Shown: positions 53,335 to 64,000 of the stretch, piece after piece
Layout of the letters: each line of letters begins with the position of its first letter
Position numbering within the stretch: the first letter of the stretch is position 1
Assembly (NCBI GenBank): GCA_028534125.1
Contig: CM052817.1
Location: 54,996,001 to 55,060,000, forward strand
DNA: 64,000 nucleotides
Source of the DNA: Lama glama
Lineage: Eukaryota
Direction of reading: 5' to 3'
Translations under genes and position numbers: made by a program
The notes under the pieces: model-generated
The model's input: the letters and a program-made list of their open reading frames with translations, nothing else
Told to the model about the DNA's origin: nothing
The model's database searches: none

Positions 53335-53725
53335 CAAACAAGGAAAGGTGAAGCCTCCATGCTAGACCCCACAGGGAAAGGAATGTAATCAGCTCTAGTC
53401 CACAAGGGGTCAAAAGCATGGAGAGGTTACCAGACCTTCAGAGAGTGTTGTAGACTAAGAGGGTCACCAGACAGAAACTGAGCCTTGTGTTGAGAACCCA
53501 GCCACAGCCTATCTGTAGCCAGACAAAAAGGAAGCCAGGTGAATATATACTTCACCCTTGTTGCCACTCTATCCACTAATTTCCTATCCTATAGTTCTGA
53601 GACCAGTGGAAAGTCCAAGGGCAAGAGAGCCTGTCAACTTAGCCCATGAAGTTCAGCCTTCTCAGGCACAGAATAGGATGGATAAAGGTACAGAATGATT
53701 TTGGAGATAAATGGACAATATTGAT
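53335..53725. mobile_element. Ancient ERVL-type LTR (LTR40-like)
   Basis: ttcagccttctcaggcacagaataggatggataaaggtacagaatgattttggagataaatggacaata resembles LTR40-family termini. Confidence 0.55.
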
Positions 53726-54959
53726 GACAAACATTTTCAAAATATAAAATGTAACTTTTTTTAATGTTCAAAGTATTGCATTTTTAGAATAAATTCAATG
53801 AAAAATGCTATTGGGTACTAAAAGACATTAATTTTCTTTTATGTAAGTATAATTTTCCTGTATAGAAGTTTGTATTTTGCTAATTACTACACACAAAAGA
53901 ACTTTCAACAGTAAACTTTCTGCTACACTGAGACAGAGATTATAAATCCTTTTCAATAACAAGTTTATTGCTTGATGTCTGTCATAATATATTTTTGTTT
54001 CCTCATTTTCATGGAAATGTGTACTTATTTGAATTGATTAAATAATAATAATATTTTAATTAAAACCTTTATTAGGGAATTGATAATTAGCAATTCCAAA
54101 TAAATGATTATATGAAGTCTGTCTTTCTTATGTTTTCATTCCTTTCTTTACTTTTCCCTACCAGTTCTTCTAATTCCAAGCATATATTGTGTCTGTGAGA
54201 AAAGGCAAAAATGTCTGGATGCAATGTGAAAAACTCTGTCAATTCTTTAGACCTTTTCATGTTATTGAATATTTGCTATGGATAGTTCTAATAAGCAAAT
54301 AATTGTGGTGTTTTATTTGTTGTCATGCACATATTAGATATTATGTAGATCAGGAAATCTAGTAGCTGTGTGACAAGCAGCCACAATTCAACTGTGACAA
54401 GAAAATAAACCTCAATACCAGAACATTAGCATGAAATATTTAATCTATTATAAACTTAATCTCTTTTAATGATAGCCATAACATATTACAACAAAACTGA
54501 TTACAATTGCCTTTTTAAATTGCATTTTGTACCTTATTATTGACATATTCAATTATAAATGTTACCCTTTGCTCAATACCAAGATTCAAATGCTTTATTA
54601 GAAAAGGAGATGATAAGATTTTCTAGAAATCCTAGCTAAATAGTGTATGCATTTATTGCTGAATAGCTTATCGAACATGAAAGGATTTAGCATAATTACA
54701 ATTTGACCCCAAATAATTCACAATGAATTTAAATCACAAACGTTCTCATCCATCAAAGACTATAGAAGAAAACAAAAGGAAGCCAAATCATGTTTTGGAA
54801 AATAAATAAGTTCAATGCTTAATAGAATTTTATTGAGCACCTGCCTTCTGAAACAATTAAAGTAAGAATCATAAACAAATACAGTTTAAAAAACAAGGAT
54901 ACCGTCTTGAAAGAACTGAAAGTATATGGAAAAAAATATACAATTATGGTGCTATATGG

Positions 54960-55247
54960 AACTAATTAAAATAATGTATTGAGAAATGATATATAATGTC
55001 TATTGAAAATATCTATTAATATCTTTTCTTTTTTCACTTTTCTGCCACCCTTCTGATATTTACTCAGTCTCTTTTTCCTATTCTCAGGCATCTAATTAAT
55101 GTTCACAAACATTACATTATGCTTATTTCTTCTCAAAGTTTTGAATAAAATTCAGTTCCTCTGGGTATCAAACTGACTTGAACTGACCATTGCAGATTTA
55201 TCTCACTCTCTTCTCCAGAATCAGTTATCTGATTCAGTCATGTTCTG
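54960..55247 (-). pseudogene. Pseudo-exon carrying most of one RGS-like domain
   Basis: Acceptor tttttgtgtgggtgtag. One frame reads QNMTESDN*FWRRE*DKSAMVSSSQFDTQRN*ILFKTLRRNKHNVMFVNIN*MPENRKKRLSKYQKGGRKVKKEKILIDIFNRHYISFLNTLF. The 3' end abuts an L2 remnant. Confidence 0.5.
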
Positions 55248-56066
55248 CTACACCCACACAAAAAGTCACTGCATCTTTTCCCCTGGTGGTCTGTAAGGAG
55301 GTACTTAGTAATGAGCACAAGGCAGTGTTGGTGTTATTATAGTTAGATGGATGTAATGCAGTTGGATTGTACTTTGATTTACAGTGGTATTTGCATCTCA
55401 GTGTATTCAATTGAATTTATGTTGCACCAAAGACCACCAGGAATAACTGTTAGTAAACAGAGTTGATATTCGATTTCACCAAAAGAAACTGCAGAACATG
55501 GGGAACAGGAAATGTCTTGGAAGTTGGTAAAAGAGGCTTCTTACAGGAACTGGGATTGTGTTAAGTCATTTTGGGAGAGTTTGTGTATTATTCTTGCTTT
55601 CTTTTCTCATGTGAAAATTTTTTGGCATTGTCTTAGGACAAATAATATATATTACATTTTCTTGTTCCCTCAATAAAGTCAGCTTTTGTACTACATTAAG
55701 CAATCAACAGATAATTTGCTGATTTCAATATTCATTTCTGATTTCAATATTTTATTGCTTTATTTTGAAGGAGGGTGTGTTTCATGTTATGCAAATAAAA
55801 CTTAAGACAATATGTGAAAATTGTACTATAGTTATATTCACAGAAAAAATAATCAAGATTCTTACTTGTAAATATTTAGTTTAACCAATGCAGCCATTAT
55901 CATAAAATACCAGCAATAGAAAATTTAAAAATTCAGAGTACTATTTTATTACTATTCTTTAAAATAGATTTCCTATTATAGGCTTTCAGAAAGGCAGTCA
56001 AGGAATGATATACTTTATTAAAATACAAATGATCAAGAAAATTTTTAGAATGTATAAGCTAGTAAT

Positions 56067-56550
56067 ATCAGTTAGAATTGCTTTTGGTTGGAAATAACAA
56101 AAAATTATAATACAGTGGCTTAAATGATAATAGGTTTATTCATCTCAATAATAAGAGGTTCAATGGAAAGAGGCCAGGGTGGATATGGCAGTCTGGGGCT
56201 GTCATAGAAGATCCTAGCTCCTTCTCTCATCCTGCCCTTACATTCTTGGTATGTGTTTTTTTACAAGATAGCTGCTTTATCTCTCAACTTCACATCTATG
56301 TTGCAGGAAACATGAAAAGCTAAAGGCCCAAACTATCTCCTCATTAAATTTTGGGGGTTTTTGTTTTGTTTTGTTTAAAAGAATAAAGACAATCTACTTT
56401 ATTCTTTGGCCATGGCTGCTATACCTGGCCAGCCCTAACTGCCAAGCAGTTTAAAAAGCTGACTTTTATTTTTCCTATGTCTGTCATAGAGGAAATCAAA
56501 GGAAGAAGGAGGTTGTGACTGGCTTCTGGGAAACATTCTATAGTGGTCAC
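56067..56550. mobile_element. MLT1J/K-type MaLR LTR
   Basis: tatcagttagaattgcttttggttggaaataac...cagtggcttaaa...caagatagctgct...ttggccatggctgctatacctggccagccctaactgc. Confidence 0.75.
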
Positions 56551-57049
56551 ATTGATTAAAATACACATACATGCACGTATACAGTTTAACTACATATACA
56601 TGTTAGCTTATAAATTCTGAAAAATTTCAAGATAATTTGTATTTCAGTAAAAAAATTTATGAATGCCTTCTTGAAACCAATACATTGAAAACACACTTAA
56701 AATCATTATATATATCTTTAAAGCTAAATTAATGTATATCAAATTATGTATGTATATAGACATATATAAGCAAATAAAATCTATGTGTGGAAATAAATTA
56801 TTTAAAAATTAAAGAATATATCTTTAAAGGTAATAATTACAGCTTGGTTTTCGTATCAATATAAAAAAAAGCAACTGTCATTGCTAAGCAATGTTTCATG
56901 CTCAGTAATATTAGGAGATACCATTTTAAAATAAAGTAATAAATCCTCATAAAATGACTGGGTAAGTTTTAAAGTTAAATTGAAATTTAAAACCTGAGAG
57001 AAAAATTTCAAAATAGGATTTTCAAAAAAATTAAATGCATTCCATTTAC

Positions 57050-57106
57050 CTTGTTCTGCAGTATATTTCCCTAGACTCCATTTTTGTTACATTTTGATAA
57101 CTCATT
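57050..57106 (-). pseudogene. Pseudo-exon with strong splice sites
   Basis: Acceptor ctttactacttccag, donor AAG|gtaaat. 57 nt. NELSKCNKNGV*GNILQNK (phase 0) or MSYQNVTKMESREIYCRT. Confidence 0.45.
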
Positions 57107-59062
57107 CTGGAAGTAGTAAAGGTTAATTTAGACTCCTTACTGGTAAGAATAGTAGGTGTGTGTTGTTGATTTTTCATTATCTACTGAGGATGGTCAAATA
57201 TCCTTATCTGATCCCAACTCAGGTTCCATGTTCATGGCCCACCCATCTAATACTGCCTAGCGTGAATTTACTTATTACTCTCTGATGAGTTCATCTCACA
57301 TATATTAACTGCTTCCCACTTAGTTCTTATGTAGTTTATACCACTGTTACGGATTTGAAGAGATGACTGCACTGAGTGAGGAAAATGAAATTTTATTTTT
57401 CATCCTCCCCAACCCTCAAAAGCCATCCATACAAAAGTAAATTGCTACCTCTATTATGATTGGTATAGAGATGATATCTTATAATTATTAGATTGTTTTA
57501 ACTTAATCTAGCTTCACCGACTTTGTATTTATTGTGGGTTTCTCCAATATTCTGTCCTTAAGATTTCTGTCTCACTTGAATTTTATTGCTGTTAGATATT
57601 ACTTCTTTTCTCTATTTCCATAGAGGTTTTTTTTTTTAATTGAGAATTAAGAGAGGATGGTTTGAATATGAAAGTTCTAATGAATACTTTAAAAAAGAAA
57701 ATGATAAAATTAGCTAGCTTAGGGGAAATGAACTGAAATCAGTGAGAAAGAAGACAGGAAGATAAAGATAATATAAATATATTAAAATTGAGAAAATTTT
57801 GAAATTACAATTAAGATGTCAAATCTATGGATATTAAACACAAAAGTGGACCTAAATGGATTCCAAATGGGAGAATGAGAGTTTAGAATAAGATTATATG
57901 AATATTCAGTCTTCTTCATGGCTAATAACTAGATTTTCTAGGGGCAGCTTCAATTCCCAGCAAGTTGGTTTCGAAAATTGTTCTTTTTAAGGGGTTCTAT
58001 TGTTGGATATACTAGTCTTTCCTGACCTGGGAGAGCCTGACTATTAACTTTCAAGTCACCATGAAAGATACGATACAATGAACCAGGATTTTCTTGATTT
58101 GATTGCTTACTTAAATGCCTTAAAAAAAAAAAAAGACAGAAAGGGAGAAAGAAGAAAGAAAGAAATGAAAAAAAAAATTAGGAGAGAGAGAGAAAGGGAA
58201 ATGTTACCAAAGGATCATTTATCTAGTCTACATTACAATATATAAAGTTGAAATAATTAATTATTTGTATATTATTAGGCTTCTTTATGTAACATTTAAT
58301 AAACTGACATTGAAAATAAATTTTAAGTTACCAATTTATGTGAAAGTATTACAATTTCATTCAAACATTCTGTCAATTGCTTCTTAAATTGGCACTACTA
58401 AGAAATGTCTAAAACAGATGCAAATTTTAGGGAAAGTGTAGCACACAAAGGCAAGTTACATCAGTGACATAAGGTTTTATTTATTGATTTAAAATGCTTT
58501 GGAATGTCTTTTACTTGCAGTAAGTGGTGCATTCAATACTCATACAGCCACATGCCTATTGATTGGAATGTAGACAAGGATATGGTTCAAATTGGCAAAA
58601 CTTCTGAACCAAAGGCACTAGATGAGACAAGATGAAATAAAAATGTTCTTCAGTCTGCAAAACTTCTAAGAAAAGAGACTGAATGAGATAAAATAAAAAT
58701 AACAGACAAGACTCCTTTGCCATATTTAGTGATACACTTTGGGTACTCTTTCCTTGTCATTTTTGGCAGTGATGGAGAATGCTAATAAGGAAAAAAATGA
58801 AGACAACACCAATTATTCTCAGAGCATGCAGTTAGGTACATAGCAACTAACCTGAAGCTTTGTGGATTCCAGATGGGACAAGTAATCAGATTACTTGTGG
58901 GTATTTTAATAGTACCCAGAGGGTATCATAAAATCACTCACCATATGCTTAATATCCATATAGCTCTGTTACTTTGAACTGTTACTTTAATCTTCCTTTT
59001 TATTTACTTTTTATTGCCATACACTTAAACTGATATCTTTTCTTATCTACAGATAAACTTAC

Positions 59063-59218
59063 AGTCAATATGTGAACACATGTGCACATCTCTTATCTCT
59101 CATTTTACTGTATTTCCTACTTTTTCCATTGATATTTTAGTCATCTGACCTATAATATGGCTATAATTCAAGTTTTATGTCTGAAGGTTTCCACTCCTGT
59201 GTCTCTTTGCTGAATTTA
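59063..59218 (-). pseudogene. Pseudo-exon
   Basis: Acceptor aaacctatag, donor ACT|gtaagt. 156 nt. NSAKRHRSGNLQT*NLNYSHIIGQMTKISMEKVGNTVK*EIRDVHMCSHID (frame uncertain). Confidence 0.4.
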
Positions 59219-59609
59219 CTATAGGTTTTGTGATTAGGAGTATAAAGTTCAAAAACCAATTTATGATTGGTTGGAAAAAAATGGAAGCTATAGAAATATA
59301 GAAAGTGAGTATAAATTGTATGTAAATGTATCAGAAGACTTTAACTGATTCTAAGTCACATTTAACACACTTGTTGTATGCATGCATGGTAGACTAGCTT
59401 ACATTATAATGGTCTTAAGTAATATGTTCCCATAAATTCCTTAGTTGTGATAAGGTGACCTAAATAGTGTTACAATTTTTTTTTTCTGTTAAATGGGAAC
59501 TTGTTTTCAAATGAAACTCTGGGAAGGAAGTGTGCAGTAGTTGGAGAACACATAAACAAAGTATATAAAGGAAAACATATTACTAACTGTGTTAAATGCT
59601 ATTTAATAG

Positions 59610-61500
59610 TCCAAGTAAAATTAAAGTTGAAAATTGGGTATTGGATTTAGTAATTTTGTGGTCATTGGTGAACCAGCCAAGAGCAATTTGGTTCAATTAT
59701 AGGGACAGGAAACCTGCCTGAAATAGGTTCAAAATGTAAAGATAGAAATTGGTGTTTTTTTCTGGAAAAAAAGAAAAAGAAAAAGAAAAAAAGCAGATAA
59801 ATTGACACTGAAGAGAAAATTTTATCAGAAGTATTTTAGTTGTGGTTGTTTTACTTTGTTCTGTTTTTTTTTCTTTTTTCTTTTCTTTCCTAGAATGGAG
59901 AAATAGAAGGATGTTTATATACTGATGATAATTATCCAATATGAATTGGAAATTCAGCAGTGAGTCGATGACAGGGATGATAGCTAATGAAGAGGTAAGG
60001 AACTGGCTTAAGAAAAGAGCATTGAAAGTTCTGTTTTAATAGATAGGGAGGCAGAGTTATGGGCACAGATACTGATAGGTGTCCATATGTGGTATTAGGA
60101 ATCTATTAAAGTTTTTAGAATTGCTTCAGTTTGCTTTGTGAATTAATGAGAAAATTCATTAGCTAAGAATAAGGCAGGAAAAACATATTCATGTTTTCTG
60201 GGGGGGTGGATTATAGCATATTTTTTATTTTTTATTGAAGTATAGCTGATTTACAATATTGTATTTGTTTCAGGTGTAGAGCATAGTGATTCAATATTTT
60301 ATAGATTATAGTCCATTTATAGTTATAAAATACTGGTTATATTCCCTGTGGTATACAATATATCCCTGTATCCTTGTAGCTTATTTATTTTATATTCATA
60401 GTTTGTACTTCTTGACCCCATAGGCTTATCTTGCCCTTCCCCCCTTCTCTTTCCCTACTTGTAACCACTAGTTTGTTCCCCAGATCTGATAGTCTGCTTC
60501 TATTTTGTTATATTAATTTGTTTTATGTTTTAAATTTCACGTCTAAGTGATAATATATACAGTATTTGTCTTTCTTTGTCTGAGTTATTTCATGCTTAAT
60601 ACCCTCTAGGTCCATCCATGTTGTTGGTTTTTGAAGACACTAGAGAAGGTGTGAAATAATATTTGGGGAAATTGGGAAAGTGAGGCTCAAGATATGTAAT
60701 ATGTTTTCTAAACAGCTTTAAGCCCCCTTGAGGTTGATGTTAATGGTTTTTAAAGGGAGACCAATTAGTGTGAATGCTGCTTTTCTTCTACTAGATTTAT
60801 CTGTGTAAGTTCAGGCTCAAAGTAGGCAGATAATTACATTTAAACAAAGTTACAGATTTTTCTTGTGTATAAGGGCAAGTCAAGTTGAGGGTATATGAGA
60901 GGAAGTGATTATGAGAACTGGCCACAAAATTAACCTGGATAATCTGAAAAGAGAGGTCATTAAGATGATCAAGATGTGACAGTAATTGATAATGACAAGG
61001 TCTCAGATTATCACCATGGAAGTAAGAGGCTTAAGCAGAGTGAAAATTGAAATTATTTGAAGGTAGAGAATAACACAGGTAGCATTATTCAAGTATCGTT
61101 TTTAAGGAATACATGAAGGAAAATTGTTTGCCAGAGTCAAGGAGGATAAGGAAGGAGATTACTCTAACTCAAACATAGTGATATGAAGGAAATGGGAGTC
61201 ACTGCTTTAGAGGGCTGCAGCAGAAACAGTCCAGACGATGCCCAGCTTTAGAACAAAAAGGTGATGAGGAGTCTCAGAAAGTGTTTCAGAATGTAGAGAA
61301 ATTTGCTGATTATGGATTGGGGAATTAAGGGCACTGTGTCAGGTTTTCATGAGTTAGAGGGTAGTGGAAGATGGAGAAAGAGAAGAGAATGTGCAAAGAC
61401 TTATGAATATTGGGGTAGGAAAGATGAGGGTGGCCTGGGCTTCTCATGTCAGGTGTCAGCACATACACAGAGATAAAGGATATAATGAGATTAGTTCAGA
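59610..61500 (-). mobile_element. Long L2 fragment (antisense) interrupted by L1
   Basis: ttggatttagtaattttgtggtcattggtgaaccagccaagagcaattt and continued purine-rich L2 text; boundaries approximate. Confidence 0.7.
60222..60626 (-). mobile_element. 5'-truncated L1 3' end, antisense
   Basis: tttttattgaagtatagctgatttacaat...ccctctaggtccatccatgttgttg. Confidence 0.92.
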
Positions 61501-61997
61501 TGACCTAAAGGCATTCAGTAATGGTGGTGATAGGGATAGAGGATGGCTGAAAGTTTTCCAGTTGATGTAGTTTAGAATATCAGTGGAATTAGGGTCTCAT
61601 TCTGAGCTTTCATGTGCTGTCTCTATGTGGGTCAATGGTGTGAGGGTTGAATTAAATCAAAAGAAAAAATGCTTGTATTTGAAAGAATCATGTGTTCTTT
61701 TAAATCTTAAAATTTAGAGCAAATTGAAATATCTGCATACTATGTACAAAAAAAAATATGGTTGAATAAAAAATGTTTAAGTCAACTGAAATTTGGAGCC
61801 AGAATATGAAGAATTAAAAGCTGCCTTAGAAACCAGCACTATTTAATAGTGTATTGGAGGTGGTATATGCTAAATCCATACAAACTTCTTCAAATATTGT
61901 ATAATACTTATCTTAATATTTTAATTAAGCTTGTTAGATGTTTTAACTTCAGCATATTAAGTTAAACATGCTATAGAGTATTGCCTTGTAGCCTTAC

Positions 61998-62325
61998 ATG
62001 TTTTTAAATTTCAGCCCAGATAAATTGCCTTATAAAGAGTAAGTATAGTTATGCCAACAAGTACAATCTATGTTACTTGGATTCTGTTGCATGCATTGGT
62101 TCGTTCTGATGTCAGTTTTTATGAAGGCCAGGTGACTTGCTTGACAGATCTGACTTGGTAAACAGAACTGTTTTGCAATGGTAAAAGTTATTTTTTCTCT
62201 CTGAGACATGTTTAAGGTCATGATGTTCAAATGTTTATCCCCTGAAGATCTCAAAGGTAACTTACCCATGGGACTCATTATTTCTTTCTCTGTTGGAATT
62301 CATGTTTTTATCTCTAGACTTGCAT
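61998..62325 (-). pseudogene. Pseudo-exon (most 5' one seen in the window)
   Basis: Acceptor aactttttacag. About 97 codons with a single stop before the TAA at 62030 (includes ORF-track 62030..62278). Candidate donors G|gcaatt (62029) or CAT|gtaagg (61998). Confidence 0.4.
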
Positions 62326-62445
62326 CTGTAAAAAGTTGGCATGGAAGGAAAAAACTATGTTTAGTGCATAATATAGTGTATAGAGGCAGCCAAACAATTT
62401 TTATTGCCATTCTGAACACTAACTTTTGTATTGAAGGCATTCAGG

Positions 62446-62469
<24 letters not shown>
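62446..62469 (+). repeat. (AT)12 microsatellite
   Basis: Direct read of the sequence. Confidence 0.95.
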
Positions 62470-62477
<8 letters not shown>

Positions 62478-62539
62478 TTGTAACCTAAATCTGAAATCTC
62501 AGAATTATTTAATTTAAAAATTTTTACTGTTTATTATAT

Positions 62540-62910
62540 AAATTAGTTAGTATGATCAATAATGCTCTAGCAACGAACTCACAATTTCACTGCCTTAAAT
62601 TCATAAAGATATGTTTCTTGCCAAGGATTGACTGGATTGTGTCTTTTATTTCTGTAATGTTCTCACTGCAGGACCCAGCCTGGTAGAGTAGACACTCTAA
62701 AACACTACTAGTCATCAAGACAGTAGTAAATAAATTTTGGAGGGATTTACTCTGCAATTAAAAGCTCTAGCTGGGAGTCATATATATCCCTTCTTACTGC
62801 TAATTACAGGTCCCTACCACTTCCAAGGAATTCAGAAGTTCAGTCCTACCCATGAGAGGAAAGTGGAGATTAGTTAGTATTATATAGTTATATAGTACTA
62901 ATAATCACTA
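62540..62910. mobile_element. MLT1I/J-type MaLR LTR
   Basis: aatttcactgccttaaattcataaagatatgtttcttgc...gcaattaaaagctctagctgggagt. Confidence 0.6.
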
Positions 62911-63324
62911 TATTTGTGTTATTATTCACTACATTTTTTTGTTTTTTTAAAATAAGGGCCATTAAAATTTAAGATTTCTATGGGTGCTGATACAATGTTA
63001 CTAGAATATGCATATAGGTTATACCTGAAAAGACAAATCAAATGAGACATACCATTAGTGGTAATAGAGAGAACACAGATATTAAGAAATTATTTTGTCC
63101 TGAAAAATCTTAATGTCTTTTGCTAATAATAAAAAGGAGAAAGTTTACATTTTTGATTAGGTCTATGCTAAACCCACATATTATTATGAATATAATAATA
63201 TCAACATAGGTTAGAAATTAAACAGTATATTGTCATAAATAATTTACATAAAATTGTAAAGTTTGTGATTTTGGTTTTATTTGTTTAGATTTTCTCATAG
63301 CTTGTAAACAAACATGTCAGGCTT

Positions 63325-64000
63325 GCTCTTTTCTGGTGTACAGCATAGCGATTAATTTATACACGTATCTCTATATATATATTCCTTTCCATATTTCTTT
63401 TCATTATAGGTCATTAAAAGGTATTGGATACAGTTCTCTGTGCTACACAGTAGGACCTTGTTGTTTATCTATTTTATATATAGAAGCTAATATCTACAAA
63501 TTCTGAGCTCCCAATTTATACCTCCCCACCACCTTTCCCCCTGGTAACCATGTTTGTTTACTATTTTCTATGTCTGTGAGTCTATCTTGTAAATAATTTC
63601 ATTTGTGTCTTTTTTTTTTTTTTAGATTCTACATATAAGTGATATCGTATGGTACTTATCTTTCTCTTTCTGGCTTCTTCACTTAGAATGACCATCTCCG
63701 GGTCCATCCATAATCCTGCAAAATGCATTATTTCCTTTTTATGGTTGGAAAAAAAATATATGTACCACATTTCTTTATCCAGTTATTTGTCAATGGGCAT
63801 TTAGGTTGCTTCCATGTCTTGGCTATTGAAACAGTGCTACTATGAACATTGGAGTGCATATATCTTTTCAAATTAGATTTCTTCTGGATATATGGCCAGG
63901 AGTGGGATTGCTGGATCATAGGGTAAGTCTATTTTCAGTTTTTTGAGGAATCTCCATACTGTTTTCTATAATGGTTGCACCAAAATACACTCCTACCAAC
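63325..64000 (-). mobile_element. Young L1 3' end, antisense, runs off the window
   Basis: ORF-track peptide SIAKTWKQPKCPLTNNWIKK and 3'UTR text tgtgctacacagtaggaccttgttgtttatc. Confidence 0.95.

Larger units (their letters stand above)
378..62325 (-). pseudogene. Candidate unprocessed, decayed multi-exon pseudogene encoding tandem RGS-like domains (RGS22/RGSL1-like family); 5' end probably lies beyond the window
   Basis: About 25 minus-strand AG..GT-bounded segments lie in non-repeat DNA. Phase-compatible chains include 21788>12278>11979>8257>6154>5157 and 33504>31515>28928>25673>24328. Translations show RGS helix-like motifs (NCAKFFLKINKWK, QLVYQNIE..CFAHLQ, IYKHF..INL, KSYEIRGKYL, FW..). 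Most exons carry 1-4 in-frame stops. Family assignment is by eye, from remembered RGS consensus. Confidence 0.6.

Noticed and set aside
1..64000. tRNA, rRNA, snRNA, CRISPR-like or satellite arrays, NUMT
   Set aside because: None recognised; only short microsatellites and poly-A/T runs are present.

Overview
AT-rich, CpG-depleted mammalian genomic DNA. It is probably a cetartiodactyl, most likely a camelid, judging by the young L1 3' ends and the absence of ruminant, pig or whale SINEs; this is inference. No intact protein-coding gene, RNA gene or CRISPR array is supported. The ORF-track entries are mostly L1/L2 debris or chance ORFs. A large part of the window is interspersed repeats: a near full-length L1 with a target-site duplication, several nested or truncated L1s, L2, MIR, MLT1/ERV LTRs, an ERVL RT fragment, and Tigger2- and MER5-type DNA transposons. 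The main result is in the unique sequence between the repeats. Reading the minus strand gives about 25 exon-shaped segments (AG...GT bounded, about 4.1 kb in total) from about 62.3 kb to about 0.4 kb. Long runs of them join in compatible splice phases, and they translate, through scattered stops and frameshifts, into up to six tandem RGS-domain-like repeats. This looks like a long-dead, unprocessed pseudogene of an RGS22/RGSL1-like multi-RGS protein. Inside it, at about 43.2-43.5 kb, is a small CpG-retaining island with ZNF143/THAP11-type and BANP-type motifs next to a splice donor, which suggests a surviving internal promoter. All exon and frame calls were made by eye and need profile-search confirmation.
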